From Stegostoma tigrinum (Eukaryota), in contig NC_081359.1 in assembly GCF_030684315.1 (NCBI RefSeq), forward strand, positions 36,900,470 to 36,964,469: a stretch of DNA of 64,000 nt. The letters are read 5' to 3'. The notes below the pieces were generated by a model. That model was not told where the DNA came from. It searched no databases and was given only the letters and a program-made list of their open reading frames with translations. This document shows, in pieces, positions 49,471-62,654 of this stretch. Numbering within the stretch: position 1 is the stretch's first letter; each line of letters begins with the position of its first letter. Both the position numbers and the translations under genes were made by a program.

Positions 49471-51939
49471 CATTCAAACAGGAATTACTCCTCTGTAGAA
49501 AGAATGATTAACATTTAGAATGGACTACCACATATAGTGGTAGAGTTAGAAGCTCTAGAACTAATTTGGGAAGATTTAAATGCTCCATTGTTGAGGGAGA
49601 TATGTCCCAGTAAATACGTTACTTTGGCAAAATGAAAAGATTTATGAGCTGATAGTGATTGTAGGTAAATATATTTGATTAATCAAAATCTGCATATGTA
49701 GTGAAGTAATTATTTTGCCAGTATTTTAAGTCATTGGTAAACTTCATCATTTGATAAGAGGAACTTTAAGAGTTGAATTTAACAAAGGAATACTGCAGTT
49801 CACATTTCCACTAAAAAGATGCCACATTGTCTAGAAAATGAATCAGCATAAAAATGCAATGAAAGTTCGCAATTCAAACTCCCTGCCTCATCTCTAAACT
49901 TCTATATCGCTATCAGCTATGGACTGTCTTCCAACATCAGCAAACATTCCCTCTGAGACCCACCCCTCAAGGCTTTCCCAGTCGCATTACTCTTCCTGAA
50001 ATTTCTTCTTCCTGACAGAGCACCATCAACAGCACCATCTCTATAGGAATAACATTCGATATCTGTGAATCCTTGAACTTTTGTGCAGTGTGTATTGGCA
50101 GTCTTGTGGAGCAGTGAACAGTTCCCTGCTTCTGGATGAGAATCAATTACCTTTTGCCCTGTAAATGTGTCAATAAACGTCCAATCAGATTTATTAAAAA
50201 AATTATTTTGTTAATGCAAAGATGGACAGTAGTCATGAATTTCCAGGTAGAAATTTGCAAACAGTATATCTTAGCATGTTGTGCATAATACACCTTATGA
50301 GATTCAGTTTTTTTTTAAATTTTCTTCTCTTTTGGAGCTTGAAGAGTTTAATTGTTCATGTGGGAACAGCACAATTTAGTTTTATTTCAAAAATAAAGAA
50401 ATGTGTCCTTCCTTTTTTTTATATACAGAAGTGTTTATGTTGAAAGTTTTAAGCCTGGAAGTTTGGCAACAAACTTGCAGATAACTTAGTACCGTGCATA
50501 CTTGGGATATGAATCTGGTTTTCAGGATTTATGGATTTATAAACCTCTGGAGCCGTTTTAAACTTGGTGCACGCGGCAATAACTTGTTGAAGTCAAGGAA
50601 GTGCTGCTTTATGCTTTCATTAATGGAACTTATTGTGCTAAAACAACCAGTGCCAATATAATCATAATTGTCCTGTCAGTGTTTTCTATTACAGAAGACA
50701 AGTAGAAGGCAATATTTCTAAAAATGAATAATCCTCTGTATGTAATTAGAGAGATGCTTGTAAATTAATATACTTCTTAACTCTATTCCATTAATGTTGA
50801 AATATATTGCCTTAAAAAAGAAATTTGCAGCAAATTTCATAACAAATGAGCTCTTTGGTTGTAGCTTTCCATAAATATCGAGTCGTCACTTTTTGGCAAT
50901 ATTACTCAATCTATATTACTCTCTGAGGTACTTTGGGAACGATGCAATAGACATCCAAAAACCCCAAGTGAGTGTTTTGCAAGAGTTTATTGTACTAAGT
51001 CAGCAAACTGCATTGTGACATGTAAACTGTAATATGCTTGTCTCATCCAATTTGCTATGACAGAATTAAAGTTTTATTTATTAAGGTTATATTTCTTTTG
51101 TTTACTTGACATTGAAATTACACTTCAGCAAGGCCTGGAACATTTCCTTTAATATTTGAGGAATGTGTTCCACAGGGAATAATCAAAATGTACTCCCTTT
51201 TAAATGCCTGAATGAGTAGCCTCACTCATTTCATACATGAGCCATGTACCTACCAGCATAACTAATAAAATTTCATATTCCTAATCAGTCAACTCTTCCT
51301 TTTCTACCTTCAATTACTTTTGTGCCTTCTGATATTGCTATCCTTGCAACTTCAGCAAAAGAAAAGTGTAGCCATAATATTTAACTAAGGAAAGTCCATC
51401 TACACTGTAACACCTAGCAGCGTCAATTTAAACCTCATATCAAAATTGCATTTATCTAGTTATATTTATGATTCAGGAAAGAAAAATTAAAATTCAAGTT
51501 AGGTTGGGGCCATCAAATAATGAATTACCTATCCTGAGAATAGTAGATGTGAAACTGATCAGAAAGATCAAGTATTACAGTGTCAGCCCAGACGAAGATT
51601 AGGCTACTTGTATCAGTCAGAAGGCCTTGGGTGAGTCTTCTGATGGAAAAACACACATTTGTAGATATTTGGAGGAAGTAGGCTTGAACTTATTTATGAT
51701 ACACATGAAAGTTGGCATGCTTGCCAACACCCAGGTGTAGATTTTCATCTTTCTTACCTTAGTTGAATTCTAGCAGGTTGGCTTGATAATGCTGTGTTAC
51801 AATTGAATAATTTTTATTCAATTTAACTTGATAAAAGGAAATTTGAGGCAGGCAGTGGCATTGCAGATGATGTTGGAGGTGCTCATCCTAAAGTGGTTTC
51901 ATGGGCCACCGATTCATTCTAACAGTTGGTTGCCATAAC

Positions 51940-54560
51940 ACCATAAAACCTTAAAACACAGTAGCAGAAATTCTGCCATTTGGCCCATTGAGCCTGCTAC
52001 ACGATTCAATCATGGCTGATAGGTTTCCCAACCGCATTTTCCCGCTTTCTCCCTGTAACCCTTGATCCCTTTGACAATTAAGAACCTGTCTATCTCTATC
52101 TCAAATACTCAATCACCTGGCCTCCACAGCCTTTTGTGACAATAAATTCCACAGATTCACCATTCTCTGGCTGAAGAAGATTCTCCTTATCTCTGTTCTA
52201 AAGGGTCTTCCCTTGACTCTGATGTTGTGCCTAGGGTCCTACTCTATCCTATCAATAGTAACATCTTCCCAATGTCCACTCTGCCCAGGCCATTCAGTAT
52301 TCTGTAAATTTCAATTAGATCACCTCTCATCGTAAACTCTATCAAATATAAACCCAGAATCCTCAAATATTCCTCATATGTTAAGCCTTTCATTCATAGG
52401 ATCATTCTTACGAATCTCCTCTGAACCCACCCCAGGGCCAGTACACCCTTCCGGAGGTATGAGGCCCAGAATTGCTCACAGTACTCTGAATGTGGCCTAA
52501 CCAGAGCTTTTTGAAGCCTCAGGAGTATATCACTGCTTTTATTTGCTAGTCCACTTGAAATAAATACCAAAATTGTATTTGCCTTCCAAACTACTGACTC
52601 AACCTGCACGTTTACTTTAAGAAAGTCTTGGACAAGAACTCCCAAGTCTCTTTACTCTTCAGATTTCTGAATTTTTCTCCATTTCTTGCAATCCACTACC
52701 AAACTGATTTTCCCAGTCCACATGCTTGTTGAAATTCCCCATGATCACCGTAACCTTGCTTTTCTTACGTAACTTTTCTACGTCCTGGTGCATCTTGTGC
52801 CACAAATCCTGACTGTTTGAAGACTTGTCACATATCTCCCATTATGGTTTTTTTTTCAGCATTGCAGTTCCTCAATTTGACCCACACAGATTCTATACCA
52901 TCTGACTCTACTTTGTTTCTTACAATTAATTTAATTTCATTTCTAAGTAATAAGGCAACCTCAATGCCACTGTCTTTTTGATAAGATGTGTATCCTTGAA
53001 TATTCAGCTGCCAGATCTCCTTGCAGCCACATCTCCATGATGCTCCTCATTATTCCTATCAATTTCAATTTTCACCAGTAGCTTACTTATCTTATTTTAT
53101 ATCCTGCATGCATTCAGATATAACACCTTCAATCCTGTATTGACTGCCTCTCTTCTCTTTGTCATTTGATTATTCAGTGCGCTTGAAGTTTGATTCCTGA
53201 CCCTTTCCAAATACTCTGTTCTGTTTTGTGTGTTGGAAACTTTAATAAGCTCTGCTGAGTTCTCCTTTGTTTTCATTTCTTTCCTACTTTTAAATGTAGT
53301 TAAATTCACCCGCACAAATGTTAACCTGATGCTTTGATTCCCACTAGCCATTATGACTCTTGGAATTTTATCCTTCCCCTCTCCCTCACTTTCTAGTTCA
53401 AAGTCCTGTTGACCAACCTATTTACCTTTTTTGCTAGAACGTGGGTCCCATCTCAGTTTGGGCAGAGACTGTCCCAATGGTACAGTTCCACCCTATTCCA
53501 GTACTGATGCTAGTGCCCCATGAAAAGGAACCCCTCTTTCCTGCAACAGTCTTTCAGCCACTGTTTACTTCCCTTATTCTCGCATCACTACTCCAATTTG
53601 CATGTGGCTCGGGCAGTAATCCAGAGGTACAACGCATGAGGACATGCTGTTTCATTTAGTTCCTTCTTCCTGATAATCCCTAGACAGGTCATCTTTGCTA
53701 GTATTGCCTATGTTGTTTGCCCTGACATGGGCCACAACAACTGGATCCTCCGGCCTTCCCTCTCCCATAGCCGTTCAGGCTGGCCAGTGATGCCTGGTAC
53801 CGGGCAGGCAATATACCATGTGGGACTCTCGATCCTGTTTACAAACGATGCTATCTACTCCTCGAATTATAGAATCCCCTACAACAACCACTTGTCTTTT
53901 TGCTCCCTCCTCTAGAATGGCCTCCTGTGCCACAGTGCCATGGTCAGTTCACTCATCCTCCCTGCAGCCCTTTCTCCATCCATCCAGGGAACAAGTTTGT
54001 CATACCTGTTGAACAATTTCAAGAGCTGACGTTCCTCTGTTCCTCAATGCAGGACCCCTCTACCTGCCTCGCTTACAGTCATTCCCTGCTGTCCCTGGCC
54101 ACTGACTGAATTTGTGGTACTTAATCTACCAGATGTGACACCCCCGAAACAGAGCATCCAGGTAAATCTCCTCCTCCCAGATGTGCTGCAGCGTCTGAAA
54201 CTTGGCCTCCAGCTCATCAATTCTGAGCCAAAATTCCTCCAGCAATCAACACCTGCTGCAAATGCGGTCACTGCAGTTCGCAATGGGCTCCATCATACAG
54301 CTATAGCACATCACCTGCCCAGCCGTCTCTACTTAATTTATTAATATATTAAGTAGTTACTCCTTGGTTAGTTAATTAATAATTAATTAGCTTTACAGGC
54401 AGGTTTTTGTTTTCAAATTTAAGACAGATTTCTTACCAGCCAATCAGGTCACAGCCCTCCCATGATACCATTTTTTTCTGTTTGGTTTCAGTTACTCCAG
54501 AAACACCTCCCTCTGTAACTCTGCTCCTGGAAACATGGCCACGAATCTCTGAGGTAAGTT
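51940..54560 (-). mobile_element. CR1 LINE retaining 5' region and ORF1, with most of ORF2 internally deleted
   Basis: 3' part: ALVRPHSEYCEQFWA. ORF2 start: LKVLYLNACRI (~53100). ORF1-like DHICSRC*LLEEFWLRIDELEAKFQTLQH near 54180-54270 and an esterase-like IIGDSIIRGVD segment near 53850-53880. The endonuclease-to-RT junction is at ~52685. Confidence 0.8.
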
Positions 54561-55151
54561 ATTGGCCTTTTGGGGAAATGAAAATCTCCTAGGCAAAGTC
54601 TTCTTTCTTGTGCAGGGGGTCATCGTTCAACATTTTGGAGGGAAGTGAACATTTCTGGAGCTGTAGTGCCTCTCCTGAGGAAACAAGGATAAATTATAAT
54701 CTAAAGAGAATCAACAGATCTATTTTTTGAAGAACTTTTTTTTTCAGGATTTTGTGTGAATTGTGACGGCTTTTATTACGAAGGGGATTACTTCAGGAGT
54801 GTGAATCATTTTTTGAGATTATTTTCAAAATATATTGGTTTTATGACTTTTATAAAGTGTGTGCTTGGTATCAGAGGCACTCAATATGAAATTGTTAAGT
54901 GTTATCTGCCACAGTGGAAGGAGGTACGCCTGTCTGTATCTGTGGTGCTGAGGTGGAGGTGGTTCGGAGCATCACGTTCCGATAAGTAAATATCTCTAAT
55001 GATCTATCCTGGTCCACCCACGTCAGTGCTACAGTCAAGAAAGCACTTCAATGCCTCTACTTACTCAAACTTTAAGGAAGTATAACATGTCCACAGTGAC
55101 TCATAGCAATTTTTATAGATGCACCATGAAAAACATCCTATCTGGATGCAT

Positions 55152-57747
55152 GGTAACAAAGTGTGGAGCTGGATGAACACAGCAGGCCACGCAGCATCTC
55201 AGGAGCACAAAAGCTGACGTTTCGGGCCTAGACTCTTCATCAGAGAGGGGGATGGGGAGAGCGTTCTGGAATAAATAGGAAGAGATGGGGAGGCGGACCG
55301 AAGATGGAGAGAAAAGAAGATAGGTGGAGAGGAGAGTACAGGTGGGAAGGTAGGGAGGGGATAGATCAGTCCAGGTCAAGAAGGCGGGATGAGGTTAGTA
55401 GGTAGGAAATGGGGGTGCGGCCTGGGGTGGGAGGAAGGGATAGGCGAGAGGAAGAACAGGTTAGGGAGGCGGGGACAAGCTGGGCTGGTTTTGGGATGCA
55501 GTGGGGGACGGGGAGATTTTGAAGGTTGTGAAGTCCACATTGATACCATTGGGCTGCAGGGTTCCCAAGTGGAATAGGAGTTGCTGTTCCTGCAACATTC
55601 GGGTGGCATCATTGTGGCACTGCAGGAGACCCACGATGGACATGTCGTCTAAGGAATGGGAGGGGGAGTTAAAATGGTTCGCGACTGGGAGATGCAGTTT
55701 TTTATTGCGAACTGAGCCGAGGTGTTCTGCAAAGCCTCCGCGTCGTTTCCCCAATGTAGAGGAAGTCACACCAGGTACAATGGATACAATATACCGCATT
55801 TGCAGATGTGCAGGTGAACATCTGCATAATATGGAAAGTCATCTTGCGGCCTGGGATAGGAGTGAGGGAGGAGGTGTGGGGTCAAGTGTAACATTTCCTG
55901 CTGTTGCAGGGGAAGGTGCCAGGTCTGGTGGGGTTGGAGGGGAGTGTGGAGCAGAGAAGAGAGTCACGGAGAGAGTGGTCCCTCCGGAAGGCAGACAAGG
56001 GTGGGGATGGAAAAATGTCTTGGGTGGTGAGGTCGGATTGTAAATAGCGGAAGTGTCGGAGGATGATGTGTTGTATCCGGAGGTTGGTGGGGGGGTGTGT
56101 GAGAACGAGGGGGATCTTCTTTGGGTGGTTGTGGCAGGGGCGGGGTGTGAGGGATGTGTTGTGGGAAATGCGGGAGACGCGGTCAAGGGCGTTCTCAACC
56201 ACTTCTCGGGATAAGTTGTGGTCCTTGAAGAACGTGGACATCTGGGATGTGCGGGATTGAAATGCCTCATCCTGGGAGCAGATGCAGCAGAGGCAGAGGA
56301 GTTGTGAATAGGGGATGTAATTTTTGCAGGAGGGTGGGTGGGAGGAGGTGTATTCTGGGTAGCTGTGGGAGTCAGTGGGCTTGAAATGGACATCAGTTTC
56401 TAACTGGTTACCTGAGATGGAAACTGAAGGTCCAGGAAGGTGAGGGATGTGTTGGAGATGGCTCAGGTGAACTTGGGGTTGGGGTGGAAGGTGTTGGTGA
56501 AGTGGATGAACTGTTCGAGCTCCTCTGGGGAGCAAGAGGCGGCGCCGATAAGTCATCAATGTATTGGAGGAGGAAGTGGGGTTTGGGGCCTGTATAGGTG
56601 TGGAAGAGGGACTGTTCCACGTAACCAACACAGTGGTCAAGAACGCTTTTGACCGCGTCTGCCGCATTTCCGCAACACATCCCTCACACCCCGCCCCCGC
56701 CACAACCGCCCCAAGGGGATCCCCCTTGCTCTCGATTACCACCCCACCAACCTCCGGATACAACGTATCATCCACCGACACTTCGGCCATCTACAATTCG
56801 ACCCCACCACCCAAGACATTTTTCCATCACCAATCTTGTCTGCCTTCCGGAGAGACCACTCTCTCCACGACTCCATTGTCTGCTCCACACTCCCCTCCAA
56901 CCCCACCACACCCAGCACCTTCCCCTGCAACAGCAGGAAGTGCTACACTTGCTCCCACACCTCCTCCCTGACCCCCATCCCAGGCCGCAAGATGACCTTC
57001 CATATGAAGCAGTTGTTCACCTGCACATCTGTTAACGTGGTATACTGTATCCGCTGTACCCGGTGTGGCTTCCTCTACATTGGGGAAACCACGCGGAGGC
57101 TTGGCGACTGCTTTGCAGAACACCTCAGCTCGGTTTGCAATAAACAACTGCACCTCCCAGTCGCGAACCATTTTAACTCCCCCTCCCATTCCTTAGACGA
57201 CATGTCCATCATGGGCCTCCTGCAGTGCCACAATGATGCCACCCAAAGGTTTCAGGAACAGCAACTCATATTCTGCTTGGGAACCCTGCAGCCCAATGGT
57301 ATCAATGTGGACTTCACAAGCTTCAAAATCTCCCCTTCCCCCACTGCATCCCAAAACCAGCCCAGCTTGTCCCCTCCCCCCACTGCATCCCAAAACCAGC
57401 CCAGCTCGTCCCCGCTTCCCTAACCTGTTCTTCCTCTCATCTACCCCTTCCTCCCACCTCAAGCCGCACCTCCATTTCCTACCTACTACTAACCTCATCC
57501 CGCCTCCTTGACCAGTCCATCTTCCCTGGACTGACCTATCCCCACCCTACCTCCCCACCTATACTGTCCTCTCCACCTATCTTCTTTTCTCTCCATCTTC
57601 GGTCTGCCTCCCCCTCTCTCCCTATTCATTCCAGTTCCCTCTCCCCATCCCCCTCTCTGTTTGTGCTCCTGAGATGCTGCTTGGCCTGCTGTGTTCATCC
57701 AGCTCCACACTTTGTTATCTTGGATTCTCCAGTGTCTGCAGTTTCCA
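55152..57747. mobile_element. Fold-back Penelope-like element (family A)
   Basis: Minus arm 55152-~56626 (to the RT YIDD region) plus plus arm ~56627-57747 (GIY-YIG ORF 56836-57423). TSD ctatctggatgcat (55138-55151) / ctatttggatgtgt (57748-57761). Confidence 0.92.
55216..55243 (-). ncRNA. Minimal hammerhead motif
   Basis: The minus strand reads CTGATGAAGAGTCTAGGCCCGAAACGTC, with one stem II mismatch. Confidence 0.6.
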
Positions 57748-60700
57748 CTATTTGGATGTGTCACAGCTTGGTAGGGCTCCTGTTTTGCCCAAGCCCGCAA
57801 GAAATTACAGTCTGTTGTGGTAGTAGCCTGGACCATCTTGAAAACCAGCCTTCTTTCCATTGACTCTGTCTACACTTCCTGCTGCCTCATGAAAACAGCC
57901 AAAATGACTAAAGACCCCTCTCACCCCAGTTATACTCTCTTCCAACCTCTTCAACAGACAGAAGATACAAAAGATTGAAAACGTACCAACAGATTTCAGA
58001 CCGAATATCAGTATGTACCCTTTCGTTGGCCGTCGGCCATTTCTAAGTATCAGTCTTCTTGTTGCCTTCCTCATCTTCGATTTATGCACTACAGATTAAC
58101 CCTGTCTGATGTTTACCCAATAGACAAAACATGCTGAGGGAAGTGTAAAGCAGAAAGTGCTACATGTCAGCAAGTAGCACTTACGGGAAGTTTGAACATT
58201 ATGCACAACTGTTAACACACTGTTGAGTTCCTGCAGTTCTGCTGATGGTGGTTCCGACAAGCCTCACTATCTCTGACCATTTTCCTTGTCCTCCAGCTTT
58301 AACTGAACTGAGAAAGGCTCACAGTAAAAGTGGGGAGAAAGAGTAACAGAAATGAGGAAGAAGAGACTGGGTGCTGGAAAAGGTCAATAACAACTGGGAC
58401 AACAATCTGTATTTAAGTCATCCCTTTTAAAGCAGTAACATGTCACAACGTGCTCCACCAGCTTGTTATTCATCAAATCTTAACATTGGCCCACAATTGA
58501 CTCACATTTCACAACAGATGCTTAGCATTTCATCACTGGCTTATGAACTAAGAATTTATATGCTATTGTATGTAACCTGTATGTGCTCGTATGTAGCCCT
58601 CTTTTTGTTTTCAAGTGCTTTTGTCATTTAAACATGATTAAAAGTTTCATTATTTGTGTTTTTTGAAAGTTTTCTGTACGTTTAATTGCAGACTGAAATG
58701 AGAAAATTACTTTTCGAAAACAACAGATTGCCGGAAGATTGCTGAATGCTTTGAAAGCAAGAAACCTGACACTGATAATATGATTTACACAGCTGCTGAT
58801 CCCAGCAATGATTGAAATCTAGTTTGTGAATGAGCTGGAACCAAAGGATTGTGTACAAATGGAGTTTTAGTTGGTCACATGTAACTGATTGATCTATGGA
58901 CAAGTGGCTGGTTATTGATGGCAAAAGCCTTCTCCCTGTCAACAACTGTGCAACTGGTTCTCAGGTAGCTGAACAATTTTGGGCAGTGAATAAGATACAG
59001 AGAAGCTTTCAAACCTCCAACAGCTCAGGAACCGTATCTGTTCTCTGCTGCAAAACCAACTTTAAACCTGAAGGAAACCAGTCTAATTTTCCTTCAGCAG
59101 TTATATAAGCAGTGATTTTTAATTAATAAGTCCAATGCCTTTAATATTTGTTAACCAGCCACCCTGTGTCTCCTGTAAACCAATGTCGATATTCACAGAG
59201 GGAAGACTGAGAAGCACCATTCTGATCAGCAAAAGTGTCTCAGCAGATCCTATGAAAAGAGACCACTGAAATGCTTTCCCAATTTTCCCTTCATGCATAA
59301 CACCCATTTTGGTTTCTATTCTTTGTCTATCATTGAGTATGCGTGTAAGAGGAACTTAATATTTGGCCTGGATTTTCAACGAGTACATTTATATGCTGAC
59401 AGTTCATAAGTATTTACTTGCAGCGAGAATCTACTTACTTGTAATACAAGCTAATTCCTGTTAATTACAGAAACTTTGTCCATGATTTCTGTCAATGTTG
59501 GCCTGAAAATCAGATAAATTTTATGTATCTACTCTATGACCTTTTTAAAATCTTTAAATTTTATGTTGACCCAGGAAATAGTGAGGTTTGATTTCCAGTG
59601 TGCCAACCAAGTGAAGAGTAACAATTGCACATCTATTACTGAAAAGCATGTCACTAACTTAAAGAAAATCTACAGAGTTACAGTGGTTAAGAATAGAAGT
59701 TACATGTGAAGATGAAAATGAGACTAGTTCCTAATAGTGTTGCATACCCAGCATCCTTGAAGATTTTCTTTCTCAAGCAAAAGAGTTAAAACATGAAGTC
59801 ACATTTGGTATCTGTGATGGGTTCTCTAGTTGAATAGCTAGAGGATGCTCCCACATATAGACTTAGTGTGCAGAAGGTTCCAGGACTGAGGGAAGGTGCC
59901 TTTACTTCACTTTTGTGGCATTATGGGCTGTGACACTTCATTGCTTGGGTCAATGCAGCAGTTCATTAAGTGTGTTTTACTTTCTTGTTGCTTTCCACGG
60001 TTTCCCTGTCGAGCAGAAATTGCTGCTTCAAGTTGCCTTACTCATATTGGTCAACTGGTTCTTCTTTCATTGACTGCACTCAATCAGCTTCATCATAACC
60101 TCACACAATGGATGAAGATGTTAATTTTGATTGATCCTTGTTCCAGAAACAGCTGATGAGATGGGATTAAGTCAGAAATGCTCAGATGTATCAAACATTT
60201 GCCAGCAGTTATTCATGATAAAAGAGAAATTTGTAAGTGATTGAGACAATTAACAATGTTAGTTCATACTGATAAACCCAGCGTAGAAAGGACATTAGGG
60301 TGGTGGCAACACTCCAGCACAAGCATTAGCTAATAGCAGCTGATTCCACAATACAAACAGCAATCTTGGTCAATACTTTAACCCAGGGAAGTATTGAAGG
60401 AGTTATCTTTGTAGACCTGTTACACTTGGCTTGATGGTTAAGTGGCAATAAATGACTCAGAGGAAATAGGAAACAAAAATGGACATCCGACACAAAAATT
60501 CCTCTAGCTATTCAAATACTATTGAAACATTCAGCAGGTAACTTTACAGTGTTGTAGCTGACCCTTACCTGCCTTCTGAAATAGCCCAGCAAACCACTCA
60601 TGTCAAGGCTAATTAAGAATTATCAACAAGCACTGACTTTGCCAGTGACACACAAATTGTGAAAGAATGAAGTAATACACGAAGATTGAACAATGCTACA

Positions 60701-60842
60701 TATTTATTTTAGTTTAAGGATCCTTGCATTTGATATTGCTATGATAAATTTGGTGGATGGTTTTGCTCCAATATTACCATTTGGATTAGTTTAGCTAATT
60801 CCACTTTTGATGCCCAGCAGAAAAGATACTTCAGTGGCCAAT

Positions 60843-60935
60843 CTCCTGCTCCTCTGATCCTGCTTGGCCTGCTGTGTTCATTCAGCTGTACACCCTATTA
60901 TCTCAGATTCTCCAGCATCTGCGGTTCCTACTATC
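60843..60935 (+). mobile_element. PLE 3'-end fragment with tail, no hammerhead
   Basis: tcctgctcctctgatcctgcttggcctgctgtgttcatt...attctccagcatctgcggttcctactatc. Confidence 0.8.
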
Positions 60936-61899
60936 CAAGAAAATGGTTGCGCCTGTTTAAGGTTGTGCTGTGCCAGTTGGCTTCTCTGCGTAAATTTGAC
61001 ACATTAACTGACAAACTAATTTGTAACTAATTAATTGAAAAAAGGGCTCAATTTGACAATTTAGAGAACACCAACTTAGGGAAGACAATGAATTAACCTT
61101 GGGGAAAAATCTATGACCTGAGCAGTCCAAATTGGATCTGCCATGTTTGGTTCAAAAATATTATATAGAATCTATGTTTTCATGCATTCATGAGAAGAAG
61201 ACATTATTGCAGTGCTGGTATTTATTGCCCATCCCTAACTGCTCTGAAATGAGTTAAGAGTCATGAATTTTGCTTAAGTCTGCAGTTACATGTAACCCAG
61301 ATCGGATAAGGACAGCAGATTTTCTTTCTGAAAGGACATTAGCGAACCAGATTGATCATTTTTTACTGAGAATTGACCATGTTTATATGGCTGCGATTCA
61401 GCCAACTTTTTATTCTAAATTCTTAGCAAATTCAAATTTCACCACCTACCATATTTTGAGCACATTAGCCTAGGATTTTGGATCACTATTCTAGTGACAC
61501 TGTAATTATACCAATGCCTCCTTCTCAGACTCAGTATTAAAGACACAGCTTGTCCAACCTGCACGAGTGAAAGGGTTATAGACAATGTACTTGTCTACAT
61601 GTACAGCCATTATAATCAAATGAGTTCAAATATGTGCCACAATGTGCAAGTTTTAGTCGACTCACTATCCTGTGTCCAGTCCTCAGGAAATTTAACACAA
61701 AATTGAACCATTATGTGAAGTTGCTCAGGTCATTGAACAAGAGGACTGCATTGGTCCAACATCTGGAGGATACAATGACTGGCAAGTCTACCTTCATTAT
61801 CTTATACATCTTTTTCCTGTTGTTGAGGTACACATTCTTCCAGGTTATGACAATTTATTTATTGTAATATTGGCATGTCCACGTCGCTAGTATTTTTTG

Positions 61900-62560
61900 A
61901 AAATGTCACCTGATGTTTCAAATAACCAAAAGCAGAAGTCTTACGGTAGTGAGCGTTTTTGATGAACTTGGCTTCAAGCTTGTAGGTCCTACTGGAGCAC
62001 ACATAAACCTATTTCATGGGACAGGCTACATGGAGCAGCATCTTTCCTTATTTATTGGATTTGGGGAGATTAAGAGTACTATTATACCATTTTTGCGTCA
62101 GACATTGAAAGGATGCTTCAAATACTTGACAATGCAGTTGCCTGTGGAAGGAACAAAGCAGAACACTATTTAATTGTTGCCTGTGGTAACCAACTCGTCC
62201 AATAGAATTGACACTCTACAAGAACAAATGCATTTGCAGCATCCATGATACGGAGTAAGAGTAGTTGAAGTAAAATCAACACATGACAATTTCAAAGCCA
62301 TTCATGTACTTCTGACCCTAATGTGAATGAAGTTGTATGATTCCTCGGTGCTACCAAATTCTTTCTAATTACACAGAGATTGTGGACCATGTTCAACGCT
62401 ACTGCACAAAGGCATATACTGGGAATGGGCAATTGCACAGCAAATGATGTTTGATATGTTAACAGTGAAGATGCATTCCTTGCTCATTTTAACCCAGATA
62501 TGGAAATAAATATCACAATAGATGTATCATGAAATCCAGCTGGACCTGCTCTGTCGTTCA
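61900..62560 (+). mobile_element. Ancient Gypsy pol remnant (RT-connection/RNase H start)
   Basis: LLHKGIYWEWAIAQQMMFDML and LAHFNPDMEINITIDVS resemble LLKK..W.W...Q..F..L...LA.F.P......DAS. The upstream boundary is uncertain. Confidence 0.55.
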
Positions 62561-62654
62561 ACAGTGAAAGAAAATCAATCATTCGTATAGAAGCAAATTA
62601 TATGAGATGTTGTAGTTCAAAAATATAGACCGAAAATTCTAGTGTAATTCCACA

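Larger units (their letters stand above)
54990..57995 (+). mobile_element. Rex1/Babar LINE 3' ORF fragment split by the PLE at 55152-57747
   Basis: DLSWSTHVSATVKKA...NFYRCTMKNILSGC continues after the insert as VTAW.GSCFAQARKKLQSVV. Confidence 0.8.
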
